Both the position numbers and the translations under genes were made by a program. The notes beneath the pieces were generated by a model. It was given only the letters and a program-made list of their open reading frames with translations, was not told the origin of the DNA and ran no database searches. From contig DATELQ010000052.1 in the NCBI GenBank assembly GCA_035276475.1, positions 67-64,066 on the forward strand: DNA of 64,000 bases, written 5' to 3'. The stretch comes from Thermoanaerobaculia bacterium (GTDB taxonomy: Bacteria; Acidobacteriota; Thermoanaerobaculia; Gp7-AA8). Shown one piece after another: positions 56,528 to 64,000 of the stretch. The first letter of the stretch is position 1. Every line of letters starts with the position of its first letter.

Positions 56528-57001
56528 TTATAACGCGGCGGAAGGGTTGGCGACCACCACGATGCGGCGGATCTGCACGCCGCGCCTCTCGGCCAGGGCC
56601 ATGCGGGCCTCGACGTTCACGCGGGCCAGGTCGGCGGCGGAGAGACGCGGGAGACGGCAAAGCTCGATGGTGACGGCGGGCTTGAGGTCGATGGCGATGC
56701 GGGGCTGGGGGGCGGGAAGCTGAATCGTGATGGTGGAGGGGCGCTCTTGCCTGCTTTGGACGGGGGCGGCCGCGGCGACGGGGACGACCGGGGCGACAGG
56801 CAGGGGTGCCTGTCGCCCACTCACCCGCGCCTGCGTCAGCGGCGCCGCCTTCTGGACCTGTAAAACCGAGTCGAGAACGAACGACGCGAAGGCGTCGATG
56901 GCAGCGCGCCGTCCATGCTCAGCCAGCCTGCAGCCGGTCAGTGCTACGGCCGCGAGCAGAAGCACGCACACTCCAATTCGCGTCATCCGTTCTCGTCTCA
57001 T
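56528..57001 (-). CDS. Putative lipoprotein, hypothetical
   Basis: LLAAVALTGC lipobox; SD GAGGT. Confidence 0.55.
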   Translation of the reverse strand: MRRERMTRIGVCVLLLAAVALTGCRLAEHGRRAAIDAFASFVLDSVLQVQKAAPLTQARVSGRQAPLPVAPVVPVAAAAPVQSRQERPSTITIQLPAPQPRIAIDLKPAVTIELCRLPRLSAADLARVNVEARMALAERRGVQIRRIVVVANPSAAL

Positions 57002-57010
57002 TGCCACCTC

Positions 57011-57037
57011 AGACGACCGGGAGAGCAAAAAGTTGTC
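57011..57037 (-). promoter_or_regulatory. Candidate ECF promoter
   Basis: GACAAC-N16-CGTCT upstream of the lipoprotein. Confidence 0.3.
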
Positions 57038-57067
57038 TCGTTCACGGTCATGTAACACCCTCGCGAA

Positions 57068-57083
57068 CGGCACGTCGCCTGCA
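57068..57083 (+). promoter_or_regulatory. Candidate sigma-54 promoter
   Basis: CGGCAC-GTCGC-CTGCA upstream of the KaiC-like gene. Confidence 0.5.
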
Positions 57084-57115
57084 CTAGAGCCTGTCGATGC
57101 CAAAGACGGGGGTAG

Positions 57116-58612
57116 TTGCCTGTGGAAGAAGGGAAACTGAATGGGCGGGATCTCGCCAGGACGGGGATTCCGGGCCTGGATGACGTTTTAGCGGGGGGTC
57201 TGACCCGCAACCGCACGTATGTCGTACAGGGCGATCCAGGCGTCGGCAAGACGACGCTCGGGTTGCAGTTCATCCTCTGCGGAGAGGAGCTCGGCGAGAC
57301 CGGCCTCTATCTGACCTTGTCCGAAACGAAGGACGAGCTGAAGGCGGTGGCCGACGCGCACGGCTGGTCGCTCGATCACATCCACATCTTCGAGTACTCG
57401 GCGCCCGAGCGGCTGGCGGCGGACGAGGAGAGCACGCTCTTCCATCCGTCCGAGATCGAGCTTGGGGAGGCCGTGCAGGCGCTGATCGCCGAGGTCGAGC
57501 GGGTCAATCCGAAACGCGTCGTCATCGACTCGCTGTCGGAGATCCGCCTCCTCGCGCAGAATCCGCTGCGCTACCGGCGGCAGATCCTCGGTCTCAAGCA
57601 CTACTTCAGCGGTCGCGACGCCACCGTGCTGCTGCTCGACGACAAGAGCGTGACGAACGGCGACATGCAGCTCATGACCCTGGCGCACGGCGTCATCAAC
57701 CTCGAGCAGCTCGCGCCCGCGTACGGCGCGGACCGGCGGCGGCTGCGCGTCAGTAAGTTCCGCGGCGTGAAGTACCGGGGCGGCTTCCACGACTTCAACA
57801 TCCGCACCGGTGGGCTGATCGTCTATCCGCGGCTCGTCGCCGCGGAGCATCGCCACACGCAGGAACTGCAGGCGCTGTCGAGCGGCATCGCGGCCGTCGA
57901 CGAGCTCCTCGGCGGGGGCGTCCACCGCGGCACGAGCACGCTGATCATCGGCCCGGCGGGGGCGGGAAAGTCGGCGCTGGCGACGCACTACGCCGTCTCG
58001 GCGGCAAAGCGCGGCGAGAACGCGGCCATCTTCGCCTTCGACGAGAGCCAGAGCACGCTCTTCGCCCGATCGCGGTCGCTGGGCCTCGACCTCGCCGAGC
58101 ACGTCGAGTCCGGGCGCATCTCCATTCAGCAGATCGATCCGGCCGAAGTACCGCCCGGCGAGTTCGTGCATCTCGTGCGCGAGGCCGTCGAGCAGCGCAA
58201 CATCTCGGTGCTCATCATCGACAGCCTCAATGGGTATCTCAACTCCATGCCCGAGGAGCGCTTCCTGACGGTGCATATGCACGAGCTCCTGACGTACCTC
58301 GGGCAGAAGGGTGTGGCCACGATCCTCGTCGTCGCCCAGCAGGGCTTGATCGGATCGAACATGCTGGCGCCGGTCGACGTCAGCTACCTCGCGGACTGTG
58401 TCGTGATCCTCCGCTACTTCGAGCACGCCGGCGAGATCCGCAAAGCCATCTCCGTCATGAAGAAGCGCAGCGGCTATCACGAGAGAGCCATCCGGCCATT
58501 CTCGTTCTCCGAACAGGGAATCGAGGTCGGCAACCCGCTGACGGAGTTCCACGGCATCCTCTCCGGGACGCCGCTGCTCGAGACGGACGGCCACGATGCC
58601 TCGTCCCGCTGA
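57116..58612 (+). CDS. KaiC-like double-domain RecA-fold ATPase (start uncertain)
   Basis: TGIPGLD..GGL, GDPGVGKT, second domain GPAGAGKS, IDSL twice, VSYLAD, VMKKR. Confidence 0.92.
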   Translation: MPVEEGKLNGRDLARTGIPGLDDVLAGGLTRNRTYVVQGDPGVGKTTLGLQFILCGEELGETGLYLTLSETKDELKAVADAHGWSLDHIHIFEYSAPERLAADEESTLFHPSEIELGEAVQALIAEVERVNPKRVVIDSLSEIRLLAQNPLRYRRQILGLKHYFSGRDATVLLLDDKSVTNGDMQLMTLAHGVINLEQLAPAYGADRRRLRVSKFRGVKYRGGFHDFNIRTGGLIVYPRLVAAEHRHTQELQALSSGIAAVDELLGGGVHRGTSTLIIGPAGAGKSALATHYAVSAAKRGENAAIFAFDESQSTLFARSRSLGLDLAEHVESGRISIQQIDPAEVPPGEFVHLVREAVEQRNISVLIIDSLNGYLNSMPEERFLTVHMHELLTYLGQKGVATILVVAQQGLIGSNMLAPVDVSYLADCVVILRYFEHAGEIRKAISVMKKRSGYHERAIRPFSFSEQGIEVGNPLTEFHGILSGTPLLETDGHDASSR

Positions 58613-60098
58613 CCGGAGGCAGGAGCGCGTGCTGCTGCTCATGCCGTTCGGGCGTGACGGCGCGCTGGCCGCGCGTGCCCTGCGCGAAGCGAGCCTGACG
58701 TATCTGATCTGCAGCGACATGCCCGACCTCTGCGACAGAGTCGGCGAGGGCGCCGGCGCTGCCATGATCACCGAAGAGGCGCTCGACGCGGAGGCCATGC
58801 AGTGCCTGCGCGAGGAGATCGAAAAGCAGTCGCCGTGGGCCGACCTCCCCCTCATCATCTTCGTCTCGCGGCCCTCGGCGGAGCTGAAGGTGCGGTCGTT
58901 CGAGGCGCTCGGGCCGCGCGCCAACATCACGCTGATCGAGCGGCCCGTGCGGGTGAAGACGATGATCAGCGCGGCCGGGGCGGCGCTGCGCGCGCGGCGG
59001 CGGCAGTACGAAGTGCGCGACCTCCTCGACGAGCTCGAGCAGCGCGTCACGGAGCGCGACAACTTCCTGGCCATGCTCAGCCACGAGCTGCGCAACCCGC
59101 TCGCCGCCATCACGCTGGCCGCGGACATCGACGACCGCGACGTCATCGCCCGCCAGACCCGGCATCTCAAGAAGCTCGTCGACGACCTGCTCGACATCGG
59201 CCGCGTGACGTCGGGAAAGATCATGCTTCACCGCACGCCCGTCGACTTCGGCGACATCGTCGAGCACTGCGTGGCCACGATGCAGCCGCGCGTCGAGGCC
59301 CGCCGCCTCCATGTCGAAGTCCACCGCGAGACCGAGCAGGCCTGGATCGACGGCGACGCCGTGCGCCTCGAGCAGGTCGTCAACAACGTGCTGGCGAATG
59401 CGATCAAGTACACGCCGCCCGACGGCTGGATCAACGTGGTGCTCGAGCGCGACGACGGCGAGGTCGTGCTGCGCGTGCGCGACAGCGGCAAAGGCATCGC
59501 GCCGGAGATGCTCACGCGCGTCTTCGATCTCTTCATGCAGGGCGACGTGGCGCTCGACCGCAGTGAAGGGGGGATGGGCATCGGCCTCACGCTCGTGCGC
59601 AAGTTGACGGAGCTGCACGGCGGCAGCGTCCGCGCCTACAGCCGCGGCCCCGGCAGCGGGAGCGAGTTCGTGATCCGCCTGCCGCTCGGCGCGCCGCCGA
59701 CGGGCATTTCGGAGCGGACGAGGACGACGACGACGTCCGCGCCGCGGCACATCGTTCTGATCGAGGACAACGCCGACATCCGCGACCTGCTGCGCCTCAA
59801 GCTCAATCACCTCGGGCACACCGTCGAGACGGCGGAGGACGGGGTGAAGGGCTTGGAGACGGTGCTGAGCGCGAAGCCCGACATCGCCCTGGTCGACATC
59901 GGCCTCCCCGGCCTCGACGGCTACGACCTCGCGCGCCAGGTGCGCGAGAAGCTCGGCAACGACGTCTACCTCGTCGCGCTCACCGGCTACGGCCAGGCCG
60001 ACGACCGCAAGCGCGCGCTCGAAGCGGGCTTCGACGTGCATCTGACGAAGCCGGCCGACATGGTCGATCTGCAGAACGTGCTGGCGCGGGCGCGCTGA
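58596..60098 (+). CDS. Hybrid sensor histidine kinase/response regulator
   Basis: [28 protein letters not shown]-terminal REC (DIGLPGLDG). Confidence 0.93.
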   Translation: MPRPADRRQERVLLLMPFGRDGALAARALREASLTYLICSDMPDLCDRVGEGAGAAMITEEALDAEAMQCLREEIEKQSPWADLPLIIFVSRPSAELKVRSFEALGPRANITLIERPVRVKTMISAAGAALRARRRQYEVRDLLDELEQRVTERDNFLAMLSHELRNPLAAITLAADIDDRDVIARQTRHLKKLVDDLLDIGRVTSGKIMLHRTPVDFGDIVEHCVATMQPRVEARRLHVEVHRETEQAWIDGDAVRLEQVVNNVLANAIKYTPPDGWINVVLERDDGEVVLRVRDSGKGIAPEMLTRVFDLFMQGDVALDRSEGGMGIGLTLVRKLTELHGGSVRAYSRGPGSGSEFVIRLPLGAPPTGISERTRTTTTSAPRHIVLIEDNADIRDLLRLKLNHLGHTVETAEDGVKGLETVLSAKPDIALVDIGLPGLDGYDLARQVREKLGNDVYLVALTGYGQADDRKRALEAGFDVHLTKPADMVDLQNVLARAR

Positions 60099-62396
60099 TC
60101 ACTTCACCGCAACGGCGCGCGCCTGCGTGATGTCCGTCAATCCCTTGAAGGCCTTGTCGATCGCGTCCTGCAGCAGCGTGCGCATCCCCTGCTCCAGAGC
60201 GAGGCTGCGCAGCTCGCCGATCGGCGCGCGGCGCTGCACGGCGCGTTTGACCTCGTCCGTGCCGACGAGCAGCTCGTGCACGCCCATGCGGCCTTTGTAG
60301 CCGGTGTTGCCGCACGCGCTGCAGCCCTTCGGCTGGTACAGCGTCACCTCCGGCGTGTACTGCAGCTCGAAGTACGTCCGCCCGTAGGCGTCGGCGATCT
60401 CGTCGAACTCCTCCCGCGTCGGGTGATAGGCCTCCTTGCACTTCGCGCAGAGCGTGCGCACGAGGCGCTGGGCCATGATGCCGAGGAGCGCGTCGGCGAA
60501 GTTGAACGGGTCGATGTTCATATCGAGAAGACGCGTGATCGTCTCCGGCGCCGAGTTCGTGTGCAGCGTGGAAAAGACGAGGTGGCCGGTCAGCGAGGCC
60601 TCGATGCCGATGGCCGCCGTCTCGTGGTCGCGCATCTCGCCGACCATGATGACGTCGGGATCGGCGCGGAGGAACGAGCGCATCGCCGCGGCGAAGGTGA
60701 AGTCGATCTTCGGCTGCACCTGCACCTGCCGCAACCCGCGCTGCGTGATCTCGACCGGGTCTTCCGCGGTCCAGATCTTCATGTCCTCGGTGTTGATGAA
60801 GCCGAGCGCCGAGTGCAGCGTGGTCGTCTTGCCCGAGCCGGTCGGGCCGACGACGAGGCAGATGCCGTACGGCTTCGAGACGATCTCCTTGAACTGCGTG
60901 AGGTTCCGCTCGCTGAAGCCCATGCGGTCGAGCGGCAGCGGCTTCGACGCCGCCAGGATGCGCATGACCACGTCCTCGTTCTGGTTCGTGGTCGGGATCG
61001 TGGCCACGCGCAGCTCGATCGTGCCGCGCGAGTATTTGAAGCGGATCTTCCCGTCCTGCGGCTTGCGGCGCTCGGAGATGTCGAGCTTGGCCATGATCTT
61101 GAGCCGCTGCACGAGGGCGTTGCGGTGCATGCCCGGCACTTCCATGAACTTCTGGCAGTCGCCGTCGATGCGCAGGCGGATGATGCACGGGTTCTTCGAG
61201 CCGTCCGGCTCGACGTGGATGTCCGACGCGCCGCGGTTGAAGGCCTCGATGATGAGCTGGTTGGCCAGCCGCACGATGCCGGAGTCCGTCTCGTCGATCT
61301 CCGGCACCTCCCTCTCCTCTTCCTCGGTCGACGCCCCCTCCCCTTCTCCGAGCTGGTCGATGATCTTGGCGAGATCGCCGCCGTCCGTGGCTGCGGCCTC
61401 GACCTTCTCGCCGTACGACGCGGCGATGTAGGCGAGGATCTCGTGCTTCAGCCCGACCCAGAAGTCGTAGCGCGGCGCGAGGCTCATGGCCCGGATGGCG
61501 TCGAGGCGCGTCAGGTCCTGCGGGTCGTCGACGGCGATGACGAGCATGCCCGGCTTCCGCTCCACCGGCGCGCAGACGTACTTTTTCCACATTTCCGACG
61601 GCACGCGGTCGCGCAGGTCGGCCGGGATGGTCTGCTCGCCGTCGTAGCCGAAGAACTGCGTCGCATAAAACGCCGCGAGCGACTTTCCGAGCTCCTCCTT
61701 CGGGACGTTGTAGTCGTCGATCAGGATCTTCTCGATGGTGGTGTTGTTGACGCGCGCGCTCGAAACCGCGGCCTCGATGTCCTTCTCCGAGACAACGCCT
61801 TTGTCGACGAGGCCGCCGAGCCTCGACGGCTTGGTCTGCCGCGCCGCCCGGTGCTGGTTGTAGAAGGCGATACCGAGGATGCGCCCGATCTCCTCGGCGG
61901 CGTCCTCGTCCTGGGAGGTGAAGGCGACGCCGTGGCGCTTGTTGATGAGCTGCAGGACGCCGAGGAGGTATTTCTCGAAGAGGATGGGGACGGCCAGGAC
62001 GGCGCGCGTGCGGAAGCCGCTCTGCTTGTCCCAGCGCTGGTCGAAGCGGAGGTTGGCGTGGAACTTCGAGAGCTCGGCGGCGTCGTAGGCGTCGCGGATG
62101 TTGATGGTCTTGCGCGAGAGGGCGGTGAAGCCGGCGATGGAGGCGAACGACTTCGGGACGCGGATTTCCTTCGGCACGTCGCCGACTTTGTGCAGCGAGT
62201 ACAACTCCTGATTCTTGGTGTCGACGGCGTAGATCGTCAGCCGCTCGGCGTCGAGGAGCTCGAGGATCTTGTCCTTGAGCGTCATGAGGATGTGCGGGAT
62301 GGAGTCGGCCGAGTTGATCTGATTCGCGATCGCGGTGAGCTTTTTCCGGTACTCGAGCTCGCGCTCGAGCGAGGAGGGCGCAGCTTGGACGGTCAT
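60099..62396 (-). CDS. GAF-fused GspE/PilB assembly ATPase
   Basis: N-terminal GAF (SIAGF, QLINK..F...DE); [18 protein letters not shown], CxxC..CxxC. Confidence 0.92.
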   Translation of the reverse strand: MTVQAAPSSLERELEYRKKLTAIANQINSADSIPHILMTLKDKILELLDAERLTIYAVDTKNQELYSLHKVGDVPKEIRVPKSFASIAGFTALSRKTINIRDAYDAAELSKFHANLRFDQRWDKQSGFRTRAVLAVPILFEKYLLGVLQLINKRHGVAFTSQDEDAAEEIGRILGIAFYNQHRAARQTKPSRLGGLVDKGVVSEKDIEAAVSSARVNNTTIEKILIDDYNVPKEELGKSLAAFYATQFFGYDGEQTIPADLRDRVPSEMWKKYVCAPVERKPGMLVIAVDDPQDLTRLDAIRAMSLAPRYDFWVGLKHEILAYIAASYGEKVEAAATDGGDLAKIIDQLGEGEGASTEEEEREVPEIDETDSGIVRLANQLIIEAFNRGASDIHVEPDGSKNPCIIRLRIDGDCQKFMEVPGMHRNALVQRLKIMAKLDISERRKPQDGKIRFKYSRGTIELRVATIPTTNQNEDVVMRILAASKPLPLDRMGFSERNLTQFKEIVSKPYGICLVVGPTGSGKTTTLHSALGFINTEDMKIWTAEDPVEITQRGLRQVQVQPKIDFTFAAAMRSFLRADPDVIMVGEMRDHETAAIGIEASLTGHLVFSTLHTNSAPETITRLLDMNIDPFNFADALLGIMAQRLVRTLCAKCKEAYHPTREEFDEIADAYGRTYFELQYTPEVTLYQPKGCSACGNTGYKGRMGVHELLVGTDEVKRAVQRRAPIGELRSLALEQGMRTLLQDAIDKAFKGLTDITQARAVAVK

Positions 62397-62472
62397 GGGA
62401 AAAAGGATAGCACCCGCCATTTGTGACCGATCATCAACGGCCATTCACGGCATAATGACGGCGGAGACCGCC

Positions 62473-62958
62473 ATGAAACTAATCCACATACTCACCATTC
62501 TTCTCATCCTGACGGCCGCGCCGCTCTTCGCCGCGCGCCGCAACGCAAACATCGTCGACGACGTGATCCGCATGCAGAAGTCCGGCATCGCCGAGGACGA
62601 GATCATCGCCTTCGTGCACAAGGGCGACACCCGCCTCGACGTGACGGCGGACGACATGATCGCCCTCCACGACGCGGGCGTCTCCCGCAACGTGATCAAG
62701 GCGATCCTCGACGAGTCCGACGCCCGCGGCGAGCGCCGCGACAACAACCGCGGCCGCGACTACGGCTACTCCTACGCGGCCCCGAGCTTCAGCTACGGCT
62801 ACTACGGCGTCCCGTACTTTTACGACCCGTGGTACTACAACCCCTGGTACTACGGCTACGGCCCGCGCGTGTCGGTCGGATTCAACTTCGGATTCGGCCG
62901 GTATTGGGGCGGGTACCGAGGGGGATTCCGCGGGGGATTCCGCCACCGCCACCGGTAA
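62473..62958 (+). CDS. Secreted hypothetical protein with Tyr/Gly/Arg-rich tail
   Basis: Signal peptide; DDVIRMQKSGIAEDEII helical domain; YGYYGVPYFYDPWYY...YRGGFRGGFR tail. Confidence 0.8.
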   Translation: MKLIHILTILLILTAAPLFAARRNANIVDDVIRMQKSGIAEDEIIAFVHKGDTRLDVTADDMIALHDAGVSRNVIKAILDESDARGERRDNNRGRDYGYSYAAPSFSYGYYGVPYFYDPWYYNPWYYGYGPRVSVGFNFGFGRYWGGYRGGFRGGFRHRHR

Positions 62959-62962
62959 TGGC

Positions 62963-63070
62963 AGTTTATCCCGCGCGCAGACGCGGGATCAGCCGATGCA
63001 CCGCGGCAGCTCGTAGGCTATAGCATCGCGGTGGATCAGCTGATCCCGCGTCTTTCGCGCGGGATAAACT
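62963..63070. repeat. Long imperfect inverted repeat (paired REP-like units) between convergent genes
   Basis: Arms of about 43 bp, AGTTTATCCCGCGCG(c/aa)AGACGCGGGATCAGC..CACCGCG, each with an internal hairpin. Confidence 0.85.
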
Positions 63071-63086
63071 TCGCGGAGTACCGCCT

Positions 63087-64000
63087 TCAAATCCCCGTCA
63101 CCCGCACGACTTCCTCGAACGTCGTCATCCCCTCGGCCAATTTGCGCAGCGCGGACTGCCGCAGCGTGCGCATGCCACGCTTGAGCGCCGTCTCCTTGAT
63201 CTTGAGGAAGTCTTCGCGGCGCTCGATGAGGTCGCGGATCGTGTTGTCGATCGGCAGCATCTCGAAGATGCCGGTGCGGCCGAAGTAGCCGGTGTTGCGG
63301 CAGCGGATGCAGCCGGCCCCTTCCTTCACGATGATCCGCTTCCCCGGCGGCGCCTGCAGGTTCAGCATCGTCGCCTCCTCGTGCGTGAGGGGACGGTTTT
63401 GCTTGCAGTCCTGGCAGATCTTGCGCACCAGGCGCTGGGCCATCGTGCCGATCAAAGTCGACGAAATCAGGAACGGCTGGATGCCGAGGTCGACGAGGCG
63501 CGTGACCGAGGTCGCGGCGTCGTTCGTGTGCAGCGTCGAGAAGACCAGGTGCCCGGTCAGCGCCGCCTGCACGGCGTTCTCCGCCGTCTCCGTGTCGCGG
63601 ATCTCGCCGACCATGATGATGTCGGGATCCTGGCGGAGGATCGTCCGCAGCGCGTGCGCGAAGGTGATGCCGATCTTCGCCTGCACTGCGGTCTGATTGA
63701 AGTCGTCGTGCACCATCTCGATCGGGTCTTCGATCGTGGTGATGTTGATCTCCGGCGACGCCAGCGACTTGAGCGCCGAGTAAAGCGTCACCGTCTTGCC
63801 CGATCCGGTCGGACCGGTGACGAGGATGATCCCGTGCGGGCGCTTGATCCAATCGGAGAAGAGCGCCAGCTCGTCGTCGTAAAAACCGAGGCCGGCGACG
63901 GTGCGCAGCATGACGTCAGGGTCGAAGATGCGCATGACCACTTTTTCCCCGAACGCCGTCGGCAGCGTGGAGACGCGCAGCTCAACCTCTTTCCCCTGGT
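63087..64000 (-). CDS. GspE/PilB family ATPase (5' part outside window)
   Basis: [37 protein letters not shown], CxxC..CxxC. Confidence 0.92.
   Translation of the reverse strand, partial: QGKEVELRVSTLPTAFGEKVVMRIFDPDVMLRTVAGLGFYDDELALFSDWIKRPHGIILVTGPTGSGKTVTLYSALKSLASPEINITTIEDPIEMVHDDFNQTAVQAKIGITFAHALRTILRQDPDIIMVGEIRDTETAENAVQAALTGHLVFSTLHTNDAATSVTRLVDLGIQPFLISSTLIGTMAQRLVRKICQDCKQNRPLTHEEATMLNLQAPPGKRIIVKEGAGCIRCRNTGYFGRTGIFEMLPIDNTIRDLIERREDFLKIKETALKRGMRTLRQSALRKLAEGMTTFEEVVRVTGI

Noticed and set aside
62963-63070. Mini CRISPR array
   Set aside because: There are only two units and they are inverted rather than direct.

Overview
High-GC, gene-dense bacterial chromosomal window. It is probably Acidobacteriota (Thermoanaerobaculia-like); this is an inference from the VWFA-related acidobacterial proteins, the TPR-CHAT protein and codon style. 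About 60 CDS can be supported; no rRNA, tRNA, transposase or cas gene is seen. Most of the window is housekeeping or accessory metabolism: murI, pepA, moaC, mobA, recX, pilT, a DEAD-box helicase, Fpg, two PilB/GspE ATPases, a KaiC-like ATPase with a hybrid kinase, and two clear plus one putative toxin-antitoxin pair. Five things stand out. (1) A translationally coupled four-gene operon at 29-5193 encodes a membrane-anchored TPR-CHAT caspase-like protease, an unknown His-patch/Gly-Cys-tail protein, a papain-like cysteine protease and a partner protein; it is a candidate two-protease cascade. (2) An unannotated non-coding array of 8 degenerate ~80-bp units lies at 6173-6756. (3) Two paralogous large di-haem c proteins flank a GMC oxidoreductase and a catalase-fold protein. 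(4) A C-protein-like XRE gene and an HTH-RHH gene are followed by an exactly 21-bp-periodic palindromic array. (5) Three kinds of REP-like palindrome occur, two of which supply coding sequence or start/stop codons. Many genes look leaderless. All family calls are by motif recognition only; no database search was run.
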